Assembly: GCA_937982115.1 (NCBI GenBank)
Contig: CALJNE010000002.1
Coordinates: forward strand, 3,612 to 67,611
Reading direction: 5' to 3'
Length of the DNA stretch: 64,000 nucleotides
Source: an uncultured Bacteroidales bacterium
Lineage (GTDB): Bacteria; Bacteroidota; Bacteroidia; Bacteroidales; ML635J-15
The notes under the pieces are model-generated. The model was not told the origin of the DNA. It ran no database searches and saw only the letters and a program-made list of their open reading frames with translations. The stretch's first letter is position 1. Each line of letters starts with the position of its first letter. This document shows, piece after piece, positions 8,304-17,531 of this stretch. Made by a program: the position numbers and the translations under genes.

Positions 8304-9560
8304 ATGAGAACTTTAATTAAAAACATAAAAGAAATGGTTGGCATAATTGAAAATCCTGAAATCCTCTTATTATCAGGGAAACAAATGTCGAAATTAAATA
8401 CAATTAAAGATGCTTATTTGTTGGTCGAAGGTGAAATAATCAAGGATTTTGGAAAAATGTCTGAAATTTCCCGGGTACTTTTAAATGATTCTAGTATAGA
8501 AATAATAGATGCTCAGGGAAAATTCGTTTTGCCATCATTTTGTGATTCTCATACTCATATTGTTTATGCAGGCAGTAGAGAACAAGAATTTTGTGACAAA
8601 ATCAGAGGACTGAGCTACGAAGATATAGCAAAAAGGGGCGGAGGAATTCTAAATTCAGCCAAATTGCTTCAAAATACTTCTGAAGATGATTTATACGAAC
8701 AATCAATTGAGAGGGTAAAAGAAATTATTTCACAAGGAACCGGAGCTGTTGAAATTAAAAGTGGTTATGGATTAACACCGGAAGCCGAATTGAAAATGCT
8801 TAGAGTAATTCGAAGAATAAAACAAAACTTCCCAATCGAAGTAAAAGCCACATTTCTGGGAGCTCATTCAATACCATTGGAATACCGTCAAAATCCGGAC
8901 GAATATGTTGATATTGTTATAAATGAAATGATCCCAATGGTTGCAGCAGAAGATTTGGCTGACTATATTGATGTATTTTGCGATAAAGGATTTTTTACTG
9001 TAGAACAAACAGAAAGAATCTTAATGGCAGGTATAAAATACGGATTAAGACCTAAAATTCATGCTAACGAACTGGCAAAATCCGGAGGAATTCAAGTAGG
9101 AGTGAAGTATAACGCTTTATCCGTTGATCATATTGAATACACTGAAGAAGAAGAAATGCAAGCTCTTCTGAACAGTGAAACCATCCCTACAATTCTTCCG
9201 GGAGCTGCTTTCTTTTTAAATATGCCTTTTGCTCCTGCAAGAAAAATTATTGACTTTGGACTTCCTGTTGCAATTGCATCTGATTATAATCCGGGGTCAT
9301 CTCCATCAGGCAATATGAAGTTAATGATGTCGTTTACCTGTGTAAACTATAAACTTTTGCCAGAAGAAGCAATTAATGCATCAACAATTAACGGAGCTTA
9401 TGCAATGGGAATAAGTGACATCACAGGCAGCATAACTAAAGGGAAATTGGCAAATTTCTATATCACAAAAAATATAAATTCTTATAGTTTTATTCCTTAC
9501 GCTTACGGATCTGATTTGATTGAAAAAGTATTTTTGAAAGGAATTGAACAAAAATGTTAA
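8304..9560 (+). CDS. hutI: Imidazolonepropionase
   Basis: Amidohydrolase DSHTHIVYAGSR, GLTPEAELKMLR, KIHANEL and IASDYNPGSSP motifs. Start set at the ATG (MRTLIKN), not the TTG at 8283. Confidence 0.85.
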   Translation: MRTLIKNIKEMVGIIENPEILLLSGKQMSKLNTIKDAYLLVEGEIIKDFGKMSEISRVLLNDSSIEIIDAQGKFVLPSFCDSHTHIVYAGSREQEFCDKIRGLSYEDIAKRGGGILNSAKLLQNTSEDDLYEQSIERVKEIISQGTGAVEIKSGYGLTPEAELKMLRVIRRIKQNFPIEVKATFLGAHSIPLEYRQNPDEYVDIVINEMIPMVAAEDLADYIDVFCDKGFFTVEQTERILMAGIKYGLRPKIHANELAKSGGIQVGVKYNALSVDHIEYTEEEEMQALLNSETIPTILPGAAFFLNMPFAPARKIIDFGLPVAIASDYNPGSSPSGNMKLMMSFTCVNYKLLPEEAINASTINGAYAMGISDITGSITKGKLANFYITKNINSYSFIPYAYGSDLIEKVFLKGIEQKC

Positions 9561-9628
9561 AAATTGGTTAAAATTTATAATTTTAAAAGTAACTTTTAGT
9601 AATAGTTAATCGTTTTACCCTAAAATTT

Positions 9629-9811
9629 ATGAATATGGACGTAAGAGAACAAATTTTAAAAGTTTTAAATGAAAACGAACCCATGAGTGCTGGTCAAATT
9701 GCTGAAAAAACCGGACTTGACAAAAAAATTGTCGAAAAAGAAATGGATAAACTCAAAAAAGAAAATCTGATAGTTTCTCCTAAAAGATGTTATTGGACAG
9801 TAAATAAATGA
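9629..9811 (+). CDS. Small winged-helix DNA-binding protein
   Basis: 60 aa. [43 protein letters not shown] has the helix-turn-helix-wing pattern of MarR/ArsR-like wHTH proteins. Confidence 0.55.
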   Translation: MNMDVREQILKVLNENEPMSAGQIAEKTGLDKKIVEKEMDKLKKENLIVSPKRCYWTVNK

Positions 9812-10614
9812 TTTGTTATTCTGTTAACAATATTATAAAGGTTTTGTACAAAACTATTTTCATTGCTTTTGTGCTTGTCATTTTAGCAGCTTGCTCTACT
9901 AACATTTTAAGCACAAAAGATTTGCTTGAACTTATAAATTCCAAATACCATCACAGATGGAAATCCGGGATTCAGTACTATAAAATTGTTAATTTTTATT
10001 ATAAGCAAGATGTCGTAGCTAATCAAATTCAGAAAGTGAACTATAATCTAGAAACAGGATTTTCAAACGAGTTAATTACACAAAATATTGAAGATTCAAC
10101 AAAAAAATTGGATGGATTAAAGTTCGAGAAAGATTTGAACTTATTTTCAAAAGAAATATTTAATAACACACCTGATGTTAATTTCAGATATTTTTCAGAA
10201 TTAAATTACAATATCAATAAGTTTAGTATAACTAAAATTGATGACAGTAAAATTTATGTAATTGGAGACGATAATAATAATCAGCTCTGGTATGATGCCA
10301 AAAATTTGTATTTACTCAAAATTATAAAATTTGAGCCCGAAGGTAAATATGAAATTTTTTTAAAGGATCATGTTAAAATAGAAAATGATTCCTGGATTGA
10401 ACAAAATGTTGATGTTAAATTAAACAATGAATTAATCATTTCTGAAAAGTACTTTAATATTCAAGTTCCAATTTTATTTGAAAATAGTTCTGGCAAATCT
10501 GAAAAAAGTGAAACAAAAATTATTTCTAAAGAAAATTATCTTGATATAATTATCGTATATGGTTCGAAAAAAATTGCTGAGGGAATTTACTTAATTTATA
10601 AACGTTTTTTGTAA
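9808..10614 (+). CDS. Hypothetical lipoprotein
   Basis: Signal peptide with lipobox LAAC. Its ATG overlaps the upstream stop (ATGA). No recognisable domain. Confidence 0.5.
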   Translation: MICYSVNNIIKVLYKTIFIAFVLVILAACSTNILSTKDLLELINSKYHHRWKSGIQYYKIVNFYYKQDVVANQIQKVNYNLETGFSNELITQNIEDSTKKLDGLKFEKDLNLFSKEIFNNTPDVNFRYFSELNYNINKFSITKIDDSKIYVIGDDNNNQLWYDAKNLYLLKIIKFEPEGKYEIFLKDHVKIENDSWIEQNVDVKLNNELIISEKYFNIQVPILFENSSGKSEKSETKIISKENYLDIIIVYGSKKIAEGIYLIYKRFL

Positions 10615-10678
10615 AAAATTTTTTTAATTTAAAAACATATAATTTATATTATGTTAAATAGAGTATGTAAAAAAATAT

Positions 10679-11881
10679 CTATAGAGGTTTTTCATTTTTC
10701 ATCTCCCTTTCTAACTGCGAATAATTCAGTAAAGAATTACAGCTAACAACTTTTGTATTCTTATAGAAATAATAAAGAATTTGTTCGTACTTGTAACCCT
10801 TAGCAGCCATATTAAAAGCTGATTCAAGCGATAATCCAACACCATGACCATTTCCTTTTCCGTTTACCGTAATTACGCCACTTTTGTCAATACTCATGGA
10901 AAAAAATGCGGAATTCCAATTCAAATCATTACGCACATCATCAACTTTTAAGTTTTCGTTGCCAAGATTGAAACTCATTAATCTTGCGTTTTTCTGATCT
11001 ATTAAAAGGTCTTTGAAGAGTTTAGATTGAGCAGATTTCACTCCTTTACGAAGCAAATACTGTTGCCATTCAGCACCAGGAATCAACAATTTCCATTGAT
11101 AACTTTGCCCGTAAATTGCGAATGTATCTACAACAGGTTTTAGATAATCCGAAGAAATTCCCAACACTGAGCCGTCAGCCGTTAATCCGCCGCTATTAAT
11201 ATGATACACGGGATTTATCATATTTAAAGAATTATCAACAATAACCTGTTTATTTGTTTTTTTTGCGGCTTGCATAATTACTCTGCTGCCTGCTCTGTTC
11301 TTATACAGATAACAATGTCTGCTATCGCAAAAGTCAAATCCTTCTGATTTATGTTTTCCAAGATTCAAGAAAATACTTGTTCGCAAAATTACAGCCAGAG
11401 CCTTGTAATATTCTTCTGAAGCTAGAGTTCCGCGTTCTGCTTCGATAACACCTGCAATATATTGATCGAGATCAATATAATTTATTACATAAATAAAACT
11501 CGGAGTTCTTTTAATTCTTAACCATCCATCAAAGTTTTTAGCCGGTTCAACACTACCTGTATAATTAAGAAAGAAAGAAGCCTCTCCCCTGTTAACAAGT
11601 ACTAAATCCTGATCTGTGGCAAAAGCTTTGTATCTGTTACGATAAACTAAATAGTCAGATTCTTTTATAATGGTTATATTTGTACCGATTTCGAGAGTGT
11701 CAACGATTTTTTTACCATCAAAAACGATATAAGAACCTTTTTGTACTGTGAGTGTAATACCTTGAATTTTTCTATCATGAAACAGAGAAATTGAAACCTC
11801 TTCGGCTACAAGAAATTTTGAAATAATCAGAAATAATAATATAACTATTAATAAAATGTTATTTTCTTTTCTCTTTTTCAT
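10679..11881 (-). CDS. SpoIID/LytB domain protein
   Basis: Signal peptide; YIAGVIEAE...ALAVILRT...CDSRHCYLYK pattern typical of the SpoIID family. Confidence 0.7.
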   Translation of the reverse strand: MKKRKENNILLIVILLFLIISKFLVAEEVSISLFHDRKIQGITLTVQKGSYIVFDGKKIVDTLEIGTNITIIKESDYLVYRNRYKAFATDQDLVLVNRGEASFFLNYTGSVEPAKNFDGWLRIKRTPSFIYVINYIDLDQYIAGVIEAERGTLASEEYYKALAVILRTSIFLNLGKHKSEGFDFCDSRHCYLYKNRAGSRVIMQAAKKTNKQVIVDNSLNMINPVYHINSGGLTADGSVLGISSDYLKPVVDTFAIYGQSYQWKLLIPGAEWQQYLLRKGVKSAQSKLFKDLLIDQKNARLMSFNLGNENLKVDDVRNDLNWNSAFFSMSIDKSGVITVNGKGNGHGVGLSLESAFNMAAKGYKYEQILYYFYKNTKVVSCNSLLNYSQLEREMKNEKPL

Positions 11882-12992
11882 TTAAAGTTAAACTCACAAT
11901 ATAATTTGCTACATTTTGAAAAATTCCAGGTTGATTCAAAATTTTATGCAAATATATATAATTTTCTTTGATGGAATGTAAAATATCATCATTATATAGA
12001 ATTTTTTTCAACTGTTTTTCAACATTATCCGGAGTCAATTCATTTTGTATTAATTCCATAACAATAAGCTTGTTGAGGATGATATTTACCAGAGAAATAT
12101 ATTTTACTTTGGCAAGCATTTTAGCTATGGCAACAGAAATAGGATTTGCCTTATAACAAACCACCTGCGGTAAGTTGAATAAAGCAGCTTCCAGAGTGGA
12201 TGTTCCTGATTTTATAAGCCCTGCAACAGAATTTGCCAACAAATCGTAGGTCTGATTAAAAATAATTGATACTTTGTGATTTTTGGTAAGAGATTTATAC
12301 AATTCCTCCGGTAAATTATGAGTTGCTGCAATAACAAAATTATACTCAGGAAATTTTGGAATAATAGGTAAAATCTCAGGTAAAATATGCTTTAATTCTT
12401 GTTTCCGACTTCCGGGAAGAATTGCTATTATAGGTTTTTCGTCGAGATTGTGCTGTTTGCGAAATTCATCACCGTTTTGTGTAGAATAATTTGAAATAAT
12501 TTCAGCTAATGGATGTCCGAAATATTGAACTTCGATACCGAATTTTGCATAAAATTCTTTCTCGAATGGTAAAATGCAAACTATTCCCTCATTATTATCC
12601 CTGAGTTTATAAACTCTGTTAGATTTCCATGCCCAAACCGTTGGAGAAATAAAATAAACTGATTTAAAACCTTGTTTTTTTGTCCATTTTGATATTCTAA
12701 TATTAAATCCCGGATAGTCAACAAAGATTATAATGTCGGGATTAAAAGCCAAAATATCATTTTTACATTTTTTAAAATTCTTTTTTATTGTTCTTAAATT
12801 GGCAAGTACCTCTACAAATCCCATGAATGCCAATTCTCTAATGTGTTTTTGTATATTAACGCCTTCATATGCCATTAAATCTCCGCCCCAGCCTTTTATT
12901 TCGGCCGATTGGTCGAGAGATTTAATATGTCTGGCAATATGAGAACCGTATAAATCACCGGATGCTTCGCCGGCAATGATAAAGTATTTCAT
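11859..12992 (-). CDS. lpxB: Lipid-A-disaccharide synthase
   Basis: N-terminus MKYFIIAGEASGDLYGS, PGSRKQE motif, ~377 aa. Confidence 0.9.
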   Translation of the reverse strand: MKYFIIAGEASGDLYGSHIARHIKSLDQSAEIKGWGGDLMAYEGVNIQKHIRELAFMGFVEVLANLRTIKKNFKKCKNDILAFNPDIIIFVDYPGFNIRISKWTKKQGFKSVYFISPTVWAWKSNRVYKLRDNNEGIVCILPFEKEFYAKFGIEVQYFGHPLAEIISNYSTQNGDEFRKQHNLDEKPIIAILPGSRKQELKHILPEILPIIPKFPEYNFVIAATHNLPEELYKSLTKNHKVSIIFNQTYDLLANSVAGLIKSGTSTLEAALFNLPQVVCYKANPISVAIAKMLAKVKYISLVNIILNKLIVMELIQNELTPDNVEKQLKKILYNDDILHSIKENYIYLHKILNQPGIFQNVANYIVSLTLNEKEKRK

Positions 12993-13309
12993 TAGAGAAT
13001 TTTTGTTAAAATGACAAGTGCTGTGTAAACAACTACAGATATTATCAATCCTTTAATCGCATACCAATAATCCATCTTTTTCCAGGCAAAAAACAATATC
13101 ATATTGGGCAATACACAAATCGTAATGGCAGCAGTAAAAGCGTCGTTTATTATAAGAGCTTCAATAAATTCAAAAAGTTTTAATTCCGGATTTTTTGAAA
13201 GCATGTACAAAAAATAAATCAAAAAAGAAATCAGAGGCAATAAAATTCCTATGATTAAACCAACATAAGGTTGATTGAACTTCTTAATTTTATTTGGTTT
13301 CGGTTCCAT
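12992..13309 (-). CDS. Small integral membrane protein (3 TM), function unknown
   Basis: Hydrophobic 105-aa ORF packed between surE and lpxB with overlaps at both ends. Confidence 0.5.
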   Translation of the reverse strand: MEPKPNKIKKFNQPYVGLIIGILLPLISFLIYFLYMLSKNPELKLFEFIEALIINDAFTAAITICVLPNMILFFAWKKMDYWYAIKGLIISVVVYTALVILTKIL

Positions 13310-14084
13310 TTTTATTTAATTTAAACGTTTTTAAAAAATCTAAAGATTTATAATCGGTAAAATCAATTTTTACAGGAACGATCGAAGCATAATTATTTGC
13401 CAGAGCCCACTCGTCTGCTTCTTGATTTTCCGGTTCAAAATTATGAAAACTTCCTGTTAGCCAGTAATAATCAAGTCCATAAGGGTCTATACGTTTTTCA
13501 AAATCTTCCTTCCATACTCCGGTGGTTTGTTTACAAATTTTGTATCCCTTAAATTCGTTTTCGGATATAACAGGAAAATTCACATTTAAACATATTTGAG
13601 ATGGCAAACCTTTAGTTATTACCTCACTAATCAAAGCCGGAGCATATTTTTGAACTAAACTGAAATCAGCATTTGGAGAATGATCCAGAACAGAAAAACC
13701 TATAGCAGGAATTCCGTATAAACTTGCTTCGATGGCTGCACCCATAGTACCACTGTAAATTATACTTACAGCAGAATTCGAACCATGATTTATTCCTGAG
13801 AGCATTAAATCCGGTTTTTTGTTGAGCAATTGATTTATAGCAAGTTTTACACAATCTACGGGTGTTCCGGGAACAGCATAAATTCTAAGATTATCGTTTT
13901 CAACAACTCGTCTCACTCGTAAAGGCGTAAGTAAACTAATTGAATGACTCATCCCGGACTGTCCTCTTTCGGGAGCAACTACAACAACACGACCAAATTC
14001 AGAAGCAATTTTTATTAAGGCTTTTAAGCCTCTGGCATCTATTCCATCATCGTTTGAAACTAATATCAATCTATCTTTTTGCAC
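13290..14084 (-). CDS. surE: 5'/3'-nucleotidase SurE
   Basis: ILVSNDDGIDARGL, SGINHGSN and YSGTMGAA motifs. Confidence 0.9.
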   Translation of the reverse strand: MQKDRLILVSNDDGIDARGLKALIKIASEFGRVVVVAPERGQSGMSHSISLLTPLRVRRVVENDNLRIYAVPGTPVDCVKLAINQLLNKKPDLMLSGINHGSNSAVSIIYSGTMGAAIEASLYGIPAIGFSVLDHSPNADFSLVQKYAPALISEVITKGLPSQICLNVNFPVISENEFKGYKICKQTTGVWKEDFEKRIDPYGLDYYWLTGSFHNFEPENQEADEWALANNYASIVPVKIDFTDYKSLDFLKTFKLNKNGTETK

Positions 14085-14119
14085 TTTACAATTTTTTTTA
14101 CAAAAATACTTTTAGTGTT

Positions 14120-15064
14120 TTATTCTTCCAAATCATTTTTATCATCCTCTCCTACGCTGATTTTCATCCCGTCGTGAGCCAAAATAGTATCCGGAAATAC
14201 TGACGCAGCTTCCTTTAATAATCCATCCAATTTTTTATATCTGGATGAAAAATGCCCTATAATAAGTTTTTTAGCGTTAACAACCAGAGCAATATTTGCT
14301 GCTTGTTCTGCGGTAGTATGCATGGTTTGCTTTGCAATATCCTTATGTTCATTTGCAAATGTAGCTTCGTGATATAGAAGATCGGGATTTTCGATATATT
14401 TTTTTATGCTCTTAACCGGCAATGTATCAGTACAAAAAACATATTTCCGTGGCTTTGTAGGTTCTATCGTCAATAGATTGTTTGGAATTATCTCACCGTC
14501 AGCTTTAACTAAGTCCTCGCCTCTCTTTAGCTTTACGATGTCTGAGATTGATAAATTTAACTCCTCAATTTTTTCTTTAATAATATTTTTATCTTTTTGT
14601 TTTTCCTCAAAACTAAATCCCCATATTGATTTAGAATGTATTAATGGAAAACTGTACACCGATAAGTGTTTATTCTGATATATTAATATTTTACCTTCAG
14701 GATTTAAAGGGGAAAATTTAACCTTATATTTTAATTCATCATTATTTAACTTCAGAACTGTTGAATAAATACTTTCAAATTCTGCCGGAGCATAAATATT
14801 CAAATCTGATTTTCGTCCCATGAGGTTGTAGCTTGATAATAATCCGAATATTCCATATATATGATCTCCGTGAGTATGTGATATGAATATGTGGTTTATT
14901 TTTAACATTGGGACATTAAATCGGCGTAGTTGAACCTGGGTACCTTCTGCACAATCAATTAAATAAGGCGTGCTGTTATACACAACAACTTGCGATGTAG
15001 GCATTCTTTGAGAAGTAGGTAAAGCAGAGCTTGAGCCTAAAATTCTGAGGTGAAAGTCAAGCAT
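14120..15064 (-). CDS. rnz: Ribonuclease Z
   Basis: Metallo-beta-lactamase HTHGDH motif, N-terminal LGSSSALPT, ~314 aa. Confidence 0.85.
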   Translation of the reverse strand: MLDFHLRILGSSSALPTSQRMPTSQVVVYNSTPYLIDCAEGTQVQLRRFNVPMLKINHIFISHTHGDHIYGIFGLLSSYNLMGRKSDLNIYAPAEFESIYSTVLKLNNDELKYKVKFSPLNPEGKILIYQNKHLSVYSFPLIHSKSIWGFSFEEKQKDKNIIKEKIEELNLSISDIVKLKRGEDLVKADGEIIPNNLLTIEPTKPRKYVFCTDTLPVKSIKKYIENPDLLYHEATFANEHKDIAKQTMHTTAEQAANIALVVNAKKLIIGHFSSRYKKLDGLLKEAASVFPDTILAHDGMKISVGEDDKNDLEE

Positions 15065-15070
15065 AAAACT

Positions 15071-15841
15071 TTAAAATTGAAGATGCTTAACAGACTTACC
15101 GCCTCTGGCAATTAGTTTCAGAGATTCTATTCCTATTTTTATATGATCCTCAACATATTGTTCGGTAACCTTTTTATCGCTTTCTTCTGTTTTAATGCCT
15201 GTAGAAATCATTGGTTGGTCGCTAACAAGTAAAAGAGCTCCTGAAGGAATACTGTTGTAAAAACCTACAATAAAAATTGTTGCTGTTTCCATATCAATTG
15301 CCATAGCTCTTGTTTTACGCAAGAACTTTTTAAATCTTTCGTCGTATTCCCAAACTCTTTTGTTAGTTGTAAAAACAGTACCTGTCCAGTAGTCTCGTCC
15401 CATATCACGAATAGTTGTAGAAACAGCTCTCTGAAGCTGGAATGCAGGTAAAGCAGGTACTTCGGGCGGTAGATAGTCGTTTGAAGTTCCTTCGCTACGT
15501 ATAGCAGCGATTGGTAATATTAAATCACCAAGTTTATTTTTAGCTTTGAGTCCACCGCATTTGCCAAGAAATAGAACTGCTTTTGGATAAATTGCACTTA
15601 ATAAATCCATTATAATTGCTGCGTTTGGCGAACCAATTCCAAAGTTTATTATCGTAATGTTATCAGCTGTAGCACTTGGCATATTTCTGTCAAGACCATC
15701 AACCGGAACATTGTTATACTGAGCAAAAAGTTCGACATATAATTGAAAATTTGTTAATAAAATATATTCCCCGAAACTGTCGAGGCTTTTTCCTGTATAT
15801 CGTGGCAACCAATTTCTAACAATTTCTTCTTTAGTTTTCAT
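15071..15841 (-). CDS. amn: AMP nucleosidase (short nucleoside-phosphorylase-fold form)
   Basis: PNP_UDP_1-like GIGSPNAA...GKCGGL...AIDMETA motifs; 256 aa. Confidence 0.65.
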   Translation of the reverse strand: MKTKEEIVRNWLPRYTGKSLDSFGEYILLTNFQLYVELFAQYNNVPVDGLDRNMPSATADNITIINFGIGSPNAAIIMDLLSAIYPKAVLFLGKCGGLKAKNKLGDLILPIAAIRSEGTSNDYLPPEVPALPAFQLQRAVSTTIRDMGRDYWTGTVFTTNKRVWEYDERFKKFLRKTRAMAIDMETATIFIVGFYNSIPSGALLLVSDQPMISTGIKTEESDKKVTEQYVEDHIKIGIESLKLIARGGKSVKHLQF

Positions 15842-15982
15842 ATTCGATAAATTTTAGCAAAAATACAGGATTTTTTTCAATTTTCAGTTATAAATTTCAA
15901 GAGAAAATAAAATGATAAATACATTAACATTTCGTTAAAACTATTTTAAGATTTAATCACAATATTTTTCCTTTTAATTTGT

Positions 15983-15990
15983 TATTTTTG
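15983..15990 (+). promoter_or_regulatory. Orphan -7 box TAttTTTG (extended form TATTTTTGTAA)
   Basis: Consensus TAnnTTTG on the + strand with no + strand CDS downstream. Confidence 0.4.
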
Positions 15991-15996
15991 TAAGGT

Positions 15997-16082
15997 TTGC
16001 GAGGCAAAATAACAACTCTTTTTCATGGTTATTGGGGTTTTAGTTGGCCTGAAGTCAGAAATGGCTTCAGGTTTTTTATTTT
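15997..16082 (+). ncRNA. Candidate small RNA (~85 nt) bounded by an orphan promoter box and an intrinsic terminator
   Basis: A -7 box at 15983-15990, then the hairpin CCTGAAG-N10-CTTCAGG (16048-16071) followed by TTTTTTATTTT. Both flanking genes are on the minus strand. Confidence 0.3.
16048..16082 (+). terminator. Intrinsic terminator, + strand oriented
   Basis: 7-bp GC-containing stem, 10-nt loop, T6AT4 tail. On the minus strand the hairpin is not followed by a T-run. Confidence 0.6.
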
Positions 16083-16651
16083 ATATTGTAAGCCTCAAAA
16101 GTACCATCATCAAATAAGACAATAACTCTTTTAATTTTTGCTTCCTGTTTCTCCGGAATTTTAGGAGTGTCATCTGAATTTACAGGAATAAACGAAATTT
16201 GTTCCTTTTTTGTTTGTTCAGGAATATTTTTTTCTTCTTGTTGAACAGTTTTATTCTCAGTTATAGGTTCAGGTTCCGAGAAAGCAGTCTTATCTTCAAA
16301 TTTATTGGTTTTATCTGACAGTTCAGAATTTATGCTCTTGTTATTTGCAATTTCGTTTTCATTAGACACAACAGTAGAAAATAAATCTGTTTGTATTGGT
16401 AATTTAAATTTTTGATTTTCTGAACTAACTGTAGTTGATTCATTTCTGTACATTGGACCTTCACCAAGTAAAAGCCAATCAGAACTTATTTCCGGAAATC
16501 GTTTTAGTATTTTTAAAATTAATTCTGTTGAGGGATTATTACGTCCGGATAAAATATGTGAAATTCCAGATGCCTGAACACCGATTTCTTCAGCGAATTT
16601 AGCAGAAGTTAATCCTCTTGACTTAATTATTTTAGCTATCCTATCTTTCAT
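16076..16651 (-). CDS. XRE-family helix-turn-helix transcriptional regulator
   Basis: N-terminal HTH (LTSAKFAEEIGVQASGISHILSGRNNPS) followed by SSDWLLLGEGPMY. Low-complexity E/K/T-rich C-terminal half. Confidence 0.75.
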   Translation of the reverse strand: MKDRIAKIIKSRGLTSAKFAEEIGVQASGISHILSGRNNPSTELILKILKRFPEISSDWLLLGEGPMYRNESTTVSSENQKFKLPIQTDLFSTVVSNENEIANNKSINSELSDKTNKFEDKTAFSEPEPITENKTVQQEEKNIPEQTKKEQISFIPVNSDDTPKIPEKQEAKIKRVIVLFDDGTFEAYNIK

Positions 16652-16666
16652 TAGTTTTTAATTTTA

Positions 16667-17239
16667 CTACAAATGTAAATATTTATACATTACAAATGTA
16701 AAACATTTTTACATTACTTTTATAATTTTTTATTAACAATTATAAATTTACATTTGTAATAGTTTTTATATTTGTAATTTTTAAAAAAAATTATTAGATA
16801 TTATCTGATTCGGGATCATTTCAATACCTAAACTTGTTTTTTCTAATTTTTCCATATTTATAAAGTTTAACTTTAATAAAAATTTTTAATATATTGGTTT
16901 TCAGTTAAATAATTTGTTTATTTTATGCAAAAATTTACACAAATAAACGAAAAATGACAAATATTCATTTTTTAATTTAATATTTATTTTAAATAAAAAT
17001 CTTAAATAACTGATTTTAAGTATTATATAATTATTTTTATGCAAAAATAATATATGATAATTTTAGATTGATTAGTTTTATTGATTTTTGTAAACATTAC
17101 TTTTTTGATGTTTTTAGGTAAATAATAAAATTACATATGTAAATGAAATCTTTTTTTTAATTGATGTATTTTTGTAAAACATTTTAGTGTTTATATTTGT
17201 AAAATTACGTTTGTAATGTTTTATGGTTTACATTTATAA
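16667..17239. promoter_or_regulatory. Array of TAnnTTTGTAA / TTACA-N2-TGTAA motifs in an 880-bp non-coding region
   Basis: + strand copies at 16749, 16767, 17167, 17192 and 17207 (near-copies at 17083 and 17229). Minus strand copies at 16667-16677 and 16690-16700. Perfect 12-nt palindrome TTACATATGTAA at 17131-17142. Confidence 0.6.
16670..16677 (-). promoter_or_regulatory. -7 box TAcaTTTG for the HTH regulator gene
   Basis: Minus strand TACATTTG 19 nt upstream of ATG 16651. A second copy lies at 16693-16700. Confidence 0.5.
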
Positions 17240-17531
17240 TTTAACATTAATGTAAATGATTATCAGAATTGAAATATCTCAAATTATCTATTGTGAATTT
17301 CAAAATAATCGGAAAAACACCCTATTTTTCTAAATCATCTGAGAATTGCATAAAAAAATCTTTTCTTTATAATGATATGAAATATTAAAATTATATGCAT
17401 TTAGAAAATATACCTTCCATCTCCGATTTCGATTTGTATTATCCATTAGTAATTAAGAAATAATGATTGACGAATGTTAAATTTCAACTGCCTGGAGTAA
17501 TTGAATTGTTTTAGTTACAAATCAAGACAAT

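Noticed and set aside
16025-16117. 30-codon + strand ORF (MVIGVLVGLKSEMASGFLFYIVSLKSTIIK) in the candidate sRNA
   Set aside because: It reads straight through the terminator hairpin and T-tract into the antisense of the HTH gene. It more likely reflects the hairpin sequence than a real peptide.
17256-17333. 25-codon ORF (MIIRIEISQIIYCEFQNNRKNTLFF) downstream of the motif array
   Set aside because: It is too short and too compositionally ordinary for AT-rich DNA to support without conservation or expression data.
16652-17531. Chromosomal replication origin (oriC) in the long AT-rich gap
   Set aside because: I could find no cluster of DnaA boxes (TTATCCACA/TGTGGATAA), only one partial TTATCCAtt near 17445. 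There is no adjacent dnaA, dnaN or gidA.
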